Source: Octopus vulgaris (Eukaryota). Taken from it: DNA of 64,000 nucleotides. The stretch is taken from positions 95,604,001 through 95,668,000 of the forward strand of contig OX597819.1 of the NCBI GenBank assembly GCA_951406725.2. The letters run 5' to 3'. A model generated the notes under the pieces. It was given only the letters and a program-made list of their open reading frames with translations. It ran no database searches and was not told where the DNA came from. This document shows, one piece after another, positions 37,061 to 49,000 of the stretch. A program made the position numbers and the translations under genes. Position 1 is the stretch's first letter. Every line of letters begins with the position of its first letter.

Positions 37061-40000
37061 CTGAAATGAACAAAAACAGAAAGACAGCACTGAAGTAACG
37101 AGCCTGTGTCATAAAAGGAAAAAAAGAAAAGCAAGATGGATAAGTTAAAACAAACAGCTGGTGAATTCCTAGAGATACAAAATAATCTAACAGGGGTAGG
37201 GAGAAGAAAAAAAAAGTCAGGAAAGTATGTTTAGCTTAGTCATATCAGAGTACTACTATAAGAATTACACACTTGAGCCTTTGTAAGCAACTCAGTAAAC
37301 AATGTCACATACTAATTACAAATATTAACCTGGTTCAAAATTTCACAAGCGAATGTTGCCAACCTGCCTAAAAATGACTATAATAACCTAGTTGTGTTTA
37401 AAAGGAAAATATCAGTGCAAATTTCATTTGAGATAACACATGATTTCACCATGTAAACAAATTTACACTATTTTACATATCTGAGAGCTGCAAACTTCTG
37501 GAGATTTTTCACCTTTTCCATTGACTTACGCCTGAATAGAGTAAAAGTTAAAATACTTTTCTTAGTCATCTTTAAGGAAGATGTTAGATTTGGCTACAGT
37601 CCTCTCAAGGAAACAAAACCATTAGATTAATTTCTTTTTACATTTTCCTTTGGAGTGATTTCTGTAAAAATGAAACCTTATGCAGAAGAAAAGGTGGCAT
37701 TCCATATATGTTCAGAAGCTAGAAATCCTGTGCATGTAAATTTGATTTACATTCCAGTATTTTATTCTGTTTAATGTATATTAAGTTAAAAGAAAACCAG
37801 GAATTTGCACAACCCTTCAATATTAAAATTTTATTGTATAACTCCTTATCTAACAATTTCTTATGCTGATGTCTTACTTTATGAAACCAGTCTAAATTCA
37901 CAAATACCATAGAACGAGGCCCTTGGTGTATAGTACTCTGTTCATTACTTCACCACTGTATATAAAACACAGTAAGCAAGGGTGCTATTTATGTGTAAAC
38001 TGAAAAAAATTCATGAAAACTGAACTTACTAGGATTGGGAATACTTTGATGGTTACAAGCCACAAGGCCTTCAATAGCATCGGCTTTAGTTTCAAACTCA
38101 ACCAGCCCAGTAGAACTTCTTTCCGCTGAAACACAAATTAAAACTATTAAGAAAAATATTCAGCTAACATTGATGCAAATTAAACCAAACACTGTAAAGA
38201 AAACTGCACTTAAACTTCCCGACCCTATCTTTTACTAGTTTCAGTCACTGGACCATGGCCATGCTAGTACACCAACCTGAAGGGTCTTTAATATATATAT
38301 ATATATATAAATTTTTTTTATATATATATATAAAAAACAAAAAAAAAAATACCCACATACTATTCTTTAAAGCTTAGCACTTTCTATCAGTTTTATATGA
38401 ACCTCTAAGTTATGGTGCTGCAAACAAACCATCACTGGTTATTAAGTGAGGGAGAAAACACAAAGATATGCACACAATGGCCTTCAATTTCCATCTACCA
38501 AATCCACTAACAAGACTTAGGTTGGCCTGGGGCTATAATAAAAAACACCTGGTCAGAGAGAGACAATAAGCCTAAACCTGGCACCACAGCTGAGCTGAGA
38601 GAAAACACAAAGACAAAGTAAATACTTACTACGGGAAGGAAACTGTTTAATCCTTACAGGACTCTTTGCTCCAGCATCTGTAAACACCTGGTATAAAAAA
38701 TATGCACAGTTAGTACAAAATAGAATGGGAATTTATTGAAGAACTTAACATTCTCTTACAGCAAAGACTAAAAACAAATAATTATAACCAACCTGACAGA
38801 TTTCATCCTCTGTTATATTGGGTGGAGCATTGAAATAGTGTAGTACTTTAGCAGGCCCTTGAATACTTGATGTATGTTAAGGATTCCAAGCAAAACTCAA
38901 AAATTAAAGCTGTGAACATTTGTACAATTTACAAGAAAACATAATTCGACAAATAGTTATCTGTTTCTGTTATACTGAATTTATTCTAAATTTCCATCCT
39001 GTTTTAGTAATAGAAAGTTAAATGCACCCCCACCCAAATTTTGAATTGTTTAAAATGAGTTACTATATACATCGAATATTAACACAATGCATATAAGTTA
39101 TCTAATGATGTAAGATTAATTAAAAAAGGATATGATTCTTGCTTGCAGCTTCTGGGTTAGTGAAACGGTTGTTTCGGCTACCCATGAAATCTTTGAATGA
39201 TGGAGATCCATCTGGAAGAGTATGTGGATTAGGAACATCTTGCAGAAAAGCCTGCTTAGAATATCTGTATTAGAAAGAAAAATATACATGAAGATAATTG
39301 CCAATTTTTCCGAAGAAGAAAAAAAAACAAACTATTTTCCCACTAATAAAACTGTGGCAAAGATAATCATTTGACAAATAATTTGATTTACTGAAGAATC
39401 ATTATATGCACCAAGACACTTAAACCAAATTTAGACAAAACATAGCTGGCAAAATATGCTACCTTTATAGAAGCAGTAGCCAAAAAGAATGTATTAAGTG
39501 AATGAAAAATACTAACCCCAGTTGTATCTTTTTACCAACAAAGTAGCAGCCATTGAGATTCTGAATGACTCTGTCCACTGCTTGATTATCCCCCATCTGG
39601 ATCATTGCTGACCCTTCTTTGCTCTTTAAGAACTTAATCTAATTATAAAAGAAAAAACAAAAAGTTATCTCAAGCAAACAATTTGTAGTTTAAGAAAAAT
39701 TTCTTCTAGTGAAAGAATAACGAAACAAAAACAACCATAACTTACCCGTACAACATTACCATAAAGGCAGAACAAATTGAAAATTGAATCACAGTTAATT
39801 TTATCCATATTAAGGCCATAAGCCATAAGTACTGCTCCTTGTTGAGGACCACCACCTCCACCACCACTTGGGTGTTGCCCCATCATACGTGAGTTAGGAT
39901 CTTCATAAGGTGGCATTGGGGGAGCACCATAGCGATCCTGGAAGTAAAAAGTATATACTTTAAAGAACAAACTCAAAACTTTTAAAACCTTTCAACACAA

Positions 40001-43000
40001 AAAATGTCAAATGCTAGCACTTTCTCAAACTCAATCTACCTGCAGCCACAGAACCTGATTAATCAATAAGTAAACTTAAGGTGTGCAACTGAATCAGATT
40101 AACGACAATTGCTCTTTCCAAATGCAGTTTACCCATAAACTTAGTTAAATTGGAAACAGTAAAGAGAACTAAATAAGTTCTGAGTTGTTCATACACAGAC
40201 CAAAAAAACCCCCTCATACTGTAATAAGAATGCACAAGGAACCTCTAACAAGAATTGACACAGCTTATCTAAGATTTTCTCTAAAAACAATTTTTGTATC
40301 TTAGAAGTTAATTCGTGTCAAAGTTGTATTTGGGTAATTTTAACCAATCAATGGCACATAAACACCATACGATCGTGGCCGTTCGCCAGCCTCGTCTGGC
40401 ACCTGTGTCGGTGGTACATAAAATCACCCACTACACTCTCAGAGTGGTTGGCGTTAGGAAGGGCATCCAGCTTTAGAAACACTGCCAGATCTGACTGGCC
40501 TGGTGCAGCCTTCGGGCTTCCCAGACCCCAGTTGAACCGTCCAATCCATGCTAGCATGGAAAGCGGACGTTAAACGATGATGATGATGAATGACATGTAT
40601 TCAGCTGAAGAAAGTTACTGTCACTATTTGCGAACAACTTCTGGGTCCATTGACAAAATGAATCAACAGAACCCTTTTTTAATAACCAGAGATGCTTTTA
40701 TAGCAACATATATGAGACTGTGCCTATCTATATAAATACATCCATACATGCACACACATTAATAATAGGCAGAAGTCACAGAGTGACAACAGCCAAATTC
40801 GTGTTTGGTAAGTGCCAATACATGAAACTTTCAGCTCTTGACTAACTAAATTCTGCCAATGATATATACATTACACGTGTAAAAAAAATTTCATCACACA
40901 AACAAACCAATGAAGGAGCCTCTACCTGGTTGATCGACACACTAAAAATAGCAGCCAAAGTAACCCCCTAACGACATCGCACGTCCATAGCATGTAATGT
41001 CCTAGATTATCCCTAAAAAGACGGTTTGCTGAAGGCTGGATTGTCTGATAATGGGTTTGCTGTATTAGAGTGGATTCGAGGCTTAACAGCTAAATCATTA
41101 CTGAGACTGACCAACAACAGAGCCTGTATGTGTTACATGACCTGCCAGAAAAAGTAGCCAAACTTTTTTATATACAGAATAGAAAACCCTCTATCCTGTG
41201 ATATACACATAGATTCCATTATGTCTGGGAAGAAAGACAGAATGGGACATCTTTGATAAGTGCCTACATAAACAACTTCCAAATCTATAAAGCAATGAAT
41301 AACTTGAAACATGTTGCCATTGAAAACTACAAAATGAAGACCGAATATGAACATACTGAGTCAGCAGTTACATAAATGCCCACAATTAATACTAAAGATT
41401 CTTTCCAGCAGACTGACTATACCTATAACATCCAACAAAGTACTGTAAATCATGGCTTGGTGACAATTAGGATTTAAAAAAAAAAAAACTTTGTGTTCAT
41501 TACCTCCATCTTAGCAAAGGTATTGTTTTCAGTCATGCTGTTTGTCCACGGACAAGATATCTCAAGAACAGCAGGATGGATTTGGATGAAACTTTCAGGG
41601 ATGTTTGGCCTCGTGGCTGGCACAAACCAAGTAAATCTCAGGATCAGTCCGGTACCAGACAAGGATTCTGGATTATGTTATATCTACTTTACATGATTAC
41701 GAGCTTACATTAACTTTCAAGTCCTTCTCAATTATCTCCCTTTAGGCTGTAACTATTTTGAATGGTGAAATTGTTAACTGGCTTGTGTTAGATAGTTACT
41801 AAATTTTCTACAGTCATCTTCACATTTCTTGACTACCATTGGGATTGATCAGGAACCAGACAAGGGTTCTGGATTTTTCTTCTTTTTAAACACGGTTGGG
41901 CTCATTTTTATCCTCGTTTGTGAGAGTAAGCTTATTTCAGATACTCCCATCTTAAAAATCTTCTGTAGCTAATCATTGAAAGGATGTTGGTGTTGTTTTG
42001 GCAGAGGTTTACACTCTCTGAGTACTCTTGTTTGAATTCGTTTTCGAAAAGCTACCCACAAAAGCATACCGGTCATCCAATATGCTTATCCTGAATGGAC
42101 AAATACTGAAATGGACCACAAGAAATTCTTAACAGAATCAGAGAAGAAGAACTTATTAATAAAATCTATCACGAACAGCTCTAAACTCTTAAGAACTTGC
42201 CTGAACAGTTTTTCAATATTTTAAAGCAGGAAGCGAATGTGTGATTCACTACGCACTTGTGTGTGGGCTGTTGGGGGGGAAAATGAAAAAAGTGAAATTA
42301 ATGTTAACATGTAAAGAAAGCTTACAAGAATTCCAGTGCTGCCTGGTCCATAACGCTCAGTTTGCATGCCATAACCACCTCTGCCCCCTCCTCCGCCACC
42401 ACAATAGTTGTCATAATTATCACCGTCATACATGGGACCTGGCCCACCATAGCCACCGCCATGGCCACCAGGTGGAGGACCCATTCCAGGACCACCACCA
42501 CCACCTCTTCGCACATCTGGATGATTCCCTAAAATTTGAATTTAAAACAAATAATAGCATCAAATTGATTACTTTCATATATCTTGCATATTAATAAGTA
42601 GTTTAATGATATTAAAAATTATTTCAAATTACACTTAATTAGCTTTCAATATAATGATCCATTGTAAAATAATTGAAGATAAATTTATGTAGAAATTACA
42701 GAACAACCAACTTTATAGCATGAGAAAACATGGCAAGAAAATAAAAAAAGCAGTAAAAACCACAGCCAAAAATTCCAATTACATTTCTATTAAATTATGA
42801 TCCAAAATTCTGCAACAGCTAATTCAAATAAAATAAACAAAAATAAAAACTTTATTACATGTAAAGAACAATTTCTGTAGCAATCAAATCAAAATATCCA
42901 AGACTCAAATGATTAAAAACAATTTCCATGAGTCACATAAGTAACACTACAAATTATTTCATAGCCATCATCCTAATAAAGAGGAACAGAAAATTCAAAT

Positions 43001-46000
43001 TTCTTCAATTAAAGTATGTGTACTTGTTGGCATGCCAGTTGACAATCATATGATAATGAATAACACCCCTACTGCTCTACAAAATTTAAGAAAATAAAAT
43101 ACAACCAAACTTTTTAGTTGACACTTTTGTGACTATATTCCTTAATGAGTAGGCTGCCTATTCGATATAAGATTTTGAAGAAGTTTAGTAATAAGTTACA
43201 AGTTTACTACACTGCTTACCAAATGGAATCGCAGGTTAGTAGCTTTGTTGAGATTGAGTTTCCATCCCAAGGCAAAAATATTCATTGCAACTTAATTTCT
43301 GTCTTAACAGCTTTACCAAATATTTTAAATGTGCTGTTAATACTAACTTGCAACCATTTTATGATAATCTTAGCAGGTAATAAAGTCAGAGTCCTAAATT
43401 ATTTGCATTCTGCTACTGACTGGCAATATTTTTCCTTAAATTTAATTAAGTAGCATGAACCATACTATTTATTCATAAAATATAAAGGAAAATAGTTAGT
43501 TGCTAATCACTATACAAGTGCTTTGAATGAAATGTTTTGTTAAAGCATGCAAGGAAAATTAGAGGCATAATGTGTATGAAGAGTGAAAGCAAGAGAGTAA
43601 TATATGAAAACTAATGCAAAAAGTATTAGCAAATTAGGTTTAAACTAACAATCAAAAATGAAGGAGCGATTGGCAAGACAATAACAATCAAAGCATTATT
43701 TACAGCATAAATCTCCCAAATTTAATTGTAGGAAATTCCTAACAATCATTATCAAAGTATTATGTTCAGGGCTTAGGCAGCCATTAGTTTATCTCAACAC
43801 TTATACTATTTTTGCAGAAGTAGACAATTTCAAATATATATATGTATATATATAAATAAATAAAAAAAAAAATCTAAATCAGCCATTATACGAAAACATT
43901 TCCAATACTAAATAAAATTTTTGCAGAAACAGTAGGCTCACTCAGCTATGTACAGTGTAAAACTCAAAATTTGCACATATGTAACAATCCAATAATTTAA
44001 AACACTTCAGAGAAAAACTCCATTTCTTAATAGATCTACAAAAGAGGGCAAACTCAATCAAAGAGTTTTAATATCAAGAGTAATTTTTTTGTTTATATAA
44101 AAAACAATCTCATAAGCTGATACCAAACATTTTAAAATATCAATACCAACTTTCTCTCTGAATTCACTTTCATGTTCAAACATAAAAGAACCAGAGCAGC
44201 TGTATTCATAAAAAAACCCATTTCCATTTATATTTTATGCATGTATGTATGTATCTAAAAGAATATGTACCATATTTATTTGAATATAGGTGTGAGAGAG
44301 CCAATAAGCTGAGGGGGTGGCAAACAGTACAAGAGCTGCCACATTTAATATATTTATATATATAGATATATATATATACACACACAATACAAAAACAATG
44401 AAGACGACACTCATAAAAAGAAAAGCTATCATTTTAATGCTAACTATATCTTGCCCAACCCAAGAAAGATTTTGAAAGTGTTAATGCCAGCCAAAGGTAT
44501 AGTTAAGTCAAAACATACTAGGTAGCACAACAGTAACTTTACAACATCTTAGATGACACGACTAGCAAGCACTAGAAAAGCAATCATCCAAGACAAAATG
44601 GAGGAAGAAGAAAAAAAAAAATAAAAAGCAAATTACCCAAGAGTCCAACTTCTTTAGATATGAAAAATAAACAAATGAATAAAATGAAGCAAATCAACAT
44701 TATGGCAAATTAGAGTATAAGAATTAATGATTGGATGACAATGTGAATAAATTAAATTCAGCAAGCAAATAATGTAATATGAAATGGTGCTAATAATTCA
44801 TTTTTGTACAAAATTACTTGTCTTTCAATCTGAATACTAAAATTTGTTTCACTTTAACCCTTAACTACATTTTATTTTCTTCAATTTGGAGAAAACATCT
44901 TAAATGGTTGCTAAAAAAAAATCTTAAAAAATGCAAGATTCAATACATTTTGCTAACTCTAATAGAAGGTAAAAAGACTAAGTGGGAGGGGAGAAAATTA
45001 CAAGCTTGACAGGACAAGGGGTCCAAAAATTATTTCAGGTCAATTAGCTACAACATAAAGGCTGTATGTTTTATAGTTTGAAAACCAACCAGAGATACCA
45101 AATCCACAAATGGAGAAGAAAAATATCACACAGGGACTAAATGATTGTTAAAACCTACATTGTAATATAGTTTAAGGATGCAGACAGTTTGAAGAAAATA
45201 TCTGCACTAATAGAAAGAAGTCTGGAGAACGGCCCATAAGGCCAAGATATATTGAAAAAATAACAGCAGCCTGCCATGCCATTCAACAAGCATTTTCACA
45301 GTAAACAACTCACACCAACAGATAACCACAAATAGTTGCCATATAGCAATTTTTAGATAATTAAAAAAAAAAAAAAAGAATTTTTTTTTAAAAACGCATA
45401 TATTCAATCACTTTCAATACACTTGTGACCAAGTAGCACTCTGCATTATACAGGACACTACTTTTCATTATCGAAAACTGGCACCGAAATGTTTAAAAGA
45501 GAGGTATTGCTTAAAATAAATTCTAGTAACCAAGAAAGATAGAGAAGCTCTATTTTTAAATATTATGCAACTCAAAACTAGAGCATTATGAGATGTGACA
45601 ACAACTAAGAAGAAAATGGAGCTTTAGAACAATACTTCACCTGGTGATTGAGGACACTCACCATAGGGAGTGGGCCCTGGTGCATAGCGCGGATCTTGCA
45701 GCAAAGGCTGATTTTTAGCAACCACAGGACTCTTACCTGAAACAAAGTGACACAGGTGAGATAAGTCTCAGAGCAAGCAAGGAAAGCGGCAGACAGTGAA
45801 GTTACTAGTTTGCCAAACAAACCGCAGATTAACTGACTGCTGTTGCCTTTTAGTATACTATGGTTTTAACTTTCTCAGCTGAAAGAATTACTAAGAATTT
45901 GGCTGGCACAAGATTGGTCAACATAAATTACCAACCATTTGAATAACTTTCAGGAAATGTGGCAATGTAAATCTAACTAAATTAACTCCTCAATCTGAAT

Positions 46001-49000
46001 CATTATGAAACAAAGCTTTAGTGTAAATTAGAAATGAGAGAAAAAAAAAAAAGAAATTAAAACCCCCCGTAAATTAGGAAACGCGTTAAAATGTTAATAT
46101 CATAAAAACTAAGATGAATGGGAAGAGTTAATTTGCAGATTTAGTAAGCGAATTAGCTAAACCAGAGATAATGTATGAATATATAAAATCAAGCACAAGT
46201 TGTGCATTCTCATAAATCGAACTATTTCAACCTCACCTACGCCTTAAGAAAAAATGTTAATATATCCAAAGGAATTTTAAAATTTAACCAGTTCATGCAC
46301 TTATGTAATAAAACAGCTTGCTTTGTGTGTCCTCCAGAAAGAAAATCTACATTCCAAGAATGTAGTAATCTCTCTTAAAAGTCCTGTGGTGAAGGGAGAG
46401 GAGAGGTGGATGAAGAAAAAAAAGCCCAGTTGCAAGATCCGGCAAATATCAATTCTGTACAAGGAAAGTAACTCACTACAGCCTGGGAATCTGACTACAG
46501 TGGTTTGGACTATTATGTACGACACAGAAAAGGGAGTGGAAGAAGAAGAAAAAAAATCAACACATGATCCCACACACAAAAACAAAACATAACTGGCAAT
46601 TTTCTACACAACTTACCAATGAGCTGGATGGAAAACTCACCCCAGCAAAATAAACTAATGCATTTTTTTTTTTTTGGTATACATACATTTTAAAAAATAA
46701 ATGGAAAGGAGTTCTCAATTCATAGTTCATTTAATAAAAGTGAAACCCATTGAATGTGAAGAAGTCCAAGTGAAATTTTTATATTTACAAAAATACAAAA
46801 AATTAAATCCAAATATTTGGAATAGGGAAAGTTTGTCAGATGCCTGAGATTATTAGATTTAGATTTCAATGGATCAGCATCGAAGTAATCGTATGGGGGA
46901 AGGTAGGGAATGATTGAGCAGTCACTGCATATATTACTTTAAATTATTTTGATCCACATTACACTTAATTACCTATGCATAAAAAAATTTTAAATTAGAA
47001 TAGTTTTCAACTAGCAATTTAGATGTAATGTAATAAATGTAAATTTTCAACATTTCACTGGGTTTATTCTGCTTACACTACTTAGAATCAGCCTACGTGC
47101 GTTTGTGAAAATGTACAGATCTTGCTAGAGTACAAATATTTTAGTTATCTTTTCAATACAGTAAAACCAGATGCAGTGTTCTGTACACAAACTGAATTTT
47201 CTTGTATTTCCAAACTATTACTTGTTGCAGTTAAAAACACAAAACTGGTGATAGCAGCAGCAGTCAGTCAGTCAGCGTATGGTAATCAAATGATGACTAC
47301 ACTTCTTCCATTTGCTCTAAAACGTTCCAGCATTATAAAAGATTAATGTATGAAAATATTAAATTGAAGGAAATAAATATCTCATTATAGTCTAACCTTT
47401 TCTGTTTTAATGTTAGATGGTAATGTCAATTTTTTGAAAGCAAGCCAATATCTTAAATGGCTTCAGAGAATGAAAATTAGTAATCCAAAAGGAAAAACAG
47501 GAAATGTATAATAGATATATGGAAAACTTAAATATTAAAAAAAATAAATATTATTTTTAATAAAAGACATCCTGGAAAATAAGGAGAAAAATAAAAAATC
47601 TACCAGTTGATTTTCTGGTGAGATAACAGCAATGGAAGGAGCCATGGTGATTTGGTTAAAGCCAGAAGTAGCTGTTGGTCAATGAAGTAGTTGAGCCTGA
47701 TATGGTTCAATCAACACGATGCTGCTCACATTCTCCTCCTCCTCCTCATCCAGCAGTAGTAGTAGTAGTAGCAGGAGGGCCGAGCCTGCACTGGCCTACA
47801 CCCTGTATAATGCACACAGAATCACAGGTCAGTAAACTAACCAGACTTGGTTGTAGGAAGGCAAACAAGCGTAGGAGTCAGACAGATGGATGGGTTTACA
47901 GGGTATAGTGACACCTTGTGTGGACCTGGCCGCTTTATGTTTTGTTCTGTGCGGTGGTGAGTATCTGCTTGGTAGTGATGGTGGTGGTGATGATATTGTA
48001 TTTTAAGTTTGGTTGATGTACTTGTCTGACTGACTGAATAGTGCTTCTTCTGTGTATGGGAAGTCTGTCTGCAGGTGGAGAATGCTCCAGTCTGTGACCT
48101 GTGACGGTCAGATGAGTAATGTGGATGTTGATATCTTTCTGTGCTTGAATTTATTCTGCAACTTTTTCTATTGTTCTAGATGTAGAATAGCAGCTTCTGT
48201 TTGTAATTTTTGCTGGATAGAAAGGTGGAACATTTACAAATTCTGAATATTAGGTAACATGTCCACTTCTTTTCTACGTTGTATGTGGCTGACTTGTTTT
48301 AATGGGTTTAATAAAAACCCAAATGTTAGTGTAATGATTTTAAAGTTTGTTTTCAAATGGATTTTCTCAAGATGGATGACTTGTCTTCATGTTGGGGATT
48401 TTGGAAAGGATGGCATCTCAGACAGCAAACAACTTGCTTCATAATCAACTGTTTAAAAAAGGGCTGGCAAGATTTTTTTAATGTTCAAAATATATATATA
48501 AAAAAAAATAAGGGGGAAATCACTTTTAACAACTTGGCTGAATGTAAAAAGCTAGTGCAGAATAAAACAAGTGAATAACTTCACAAACAAGTGGTTTCAC
48601 TGGGCACTAACCTACTACCATCTTTCAGACAATAGTAGTTCCCTGCCAGCACATGATCATTTTAATTCATTTACTGAGAATACAGATGATTGTGCTTCAT
48701 AAAATGTGCATGTTTTGTAACGAAATTTGGAATGTTAAGTCTATGATACGATATAAAATGTTTTGTAATTGAAAGTTTATTTAGTTTCAATATGACTGAG
48801 ACAAATGTTTTGTATGTTATCTGAAATGGTCACTTGTTTGTATTTGTATGCATGCATTTTTCCTCCCCTAATAACCACTCCTCAAAAAGATACTAACAAA
48901 CAATAGAAAGATAATTTAAAGTTAATGACTGAAGAAGCCCATGGCCAAATTTAAAACCACCTACCTTAGAATAATTTATTAGTATACCACAACCAAACCA

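Noticed and set aside
40831-40897. Box C (GTGATGA) and box D (CTGA) 67 nt apart on - in intron 10, a possible snoRNA
   Set aside because: No terminal stem and no recognisable rRNA or snRNA guide; chance match likely.
46617-46623. Possible 7-nt micro-exon (CAG|CTCATTG|GTAAGT)
   Set aside because: Not needed for frame and cannot be supported without RNA data; noted only as part of the splice-site cluster.
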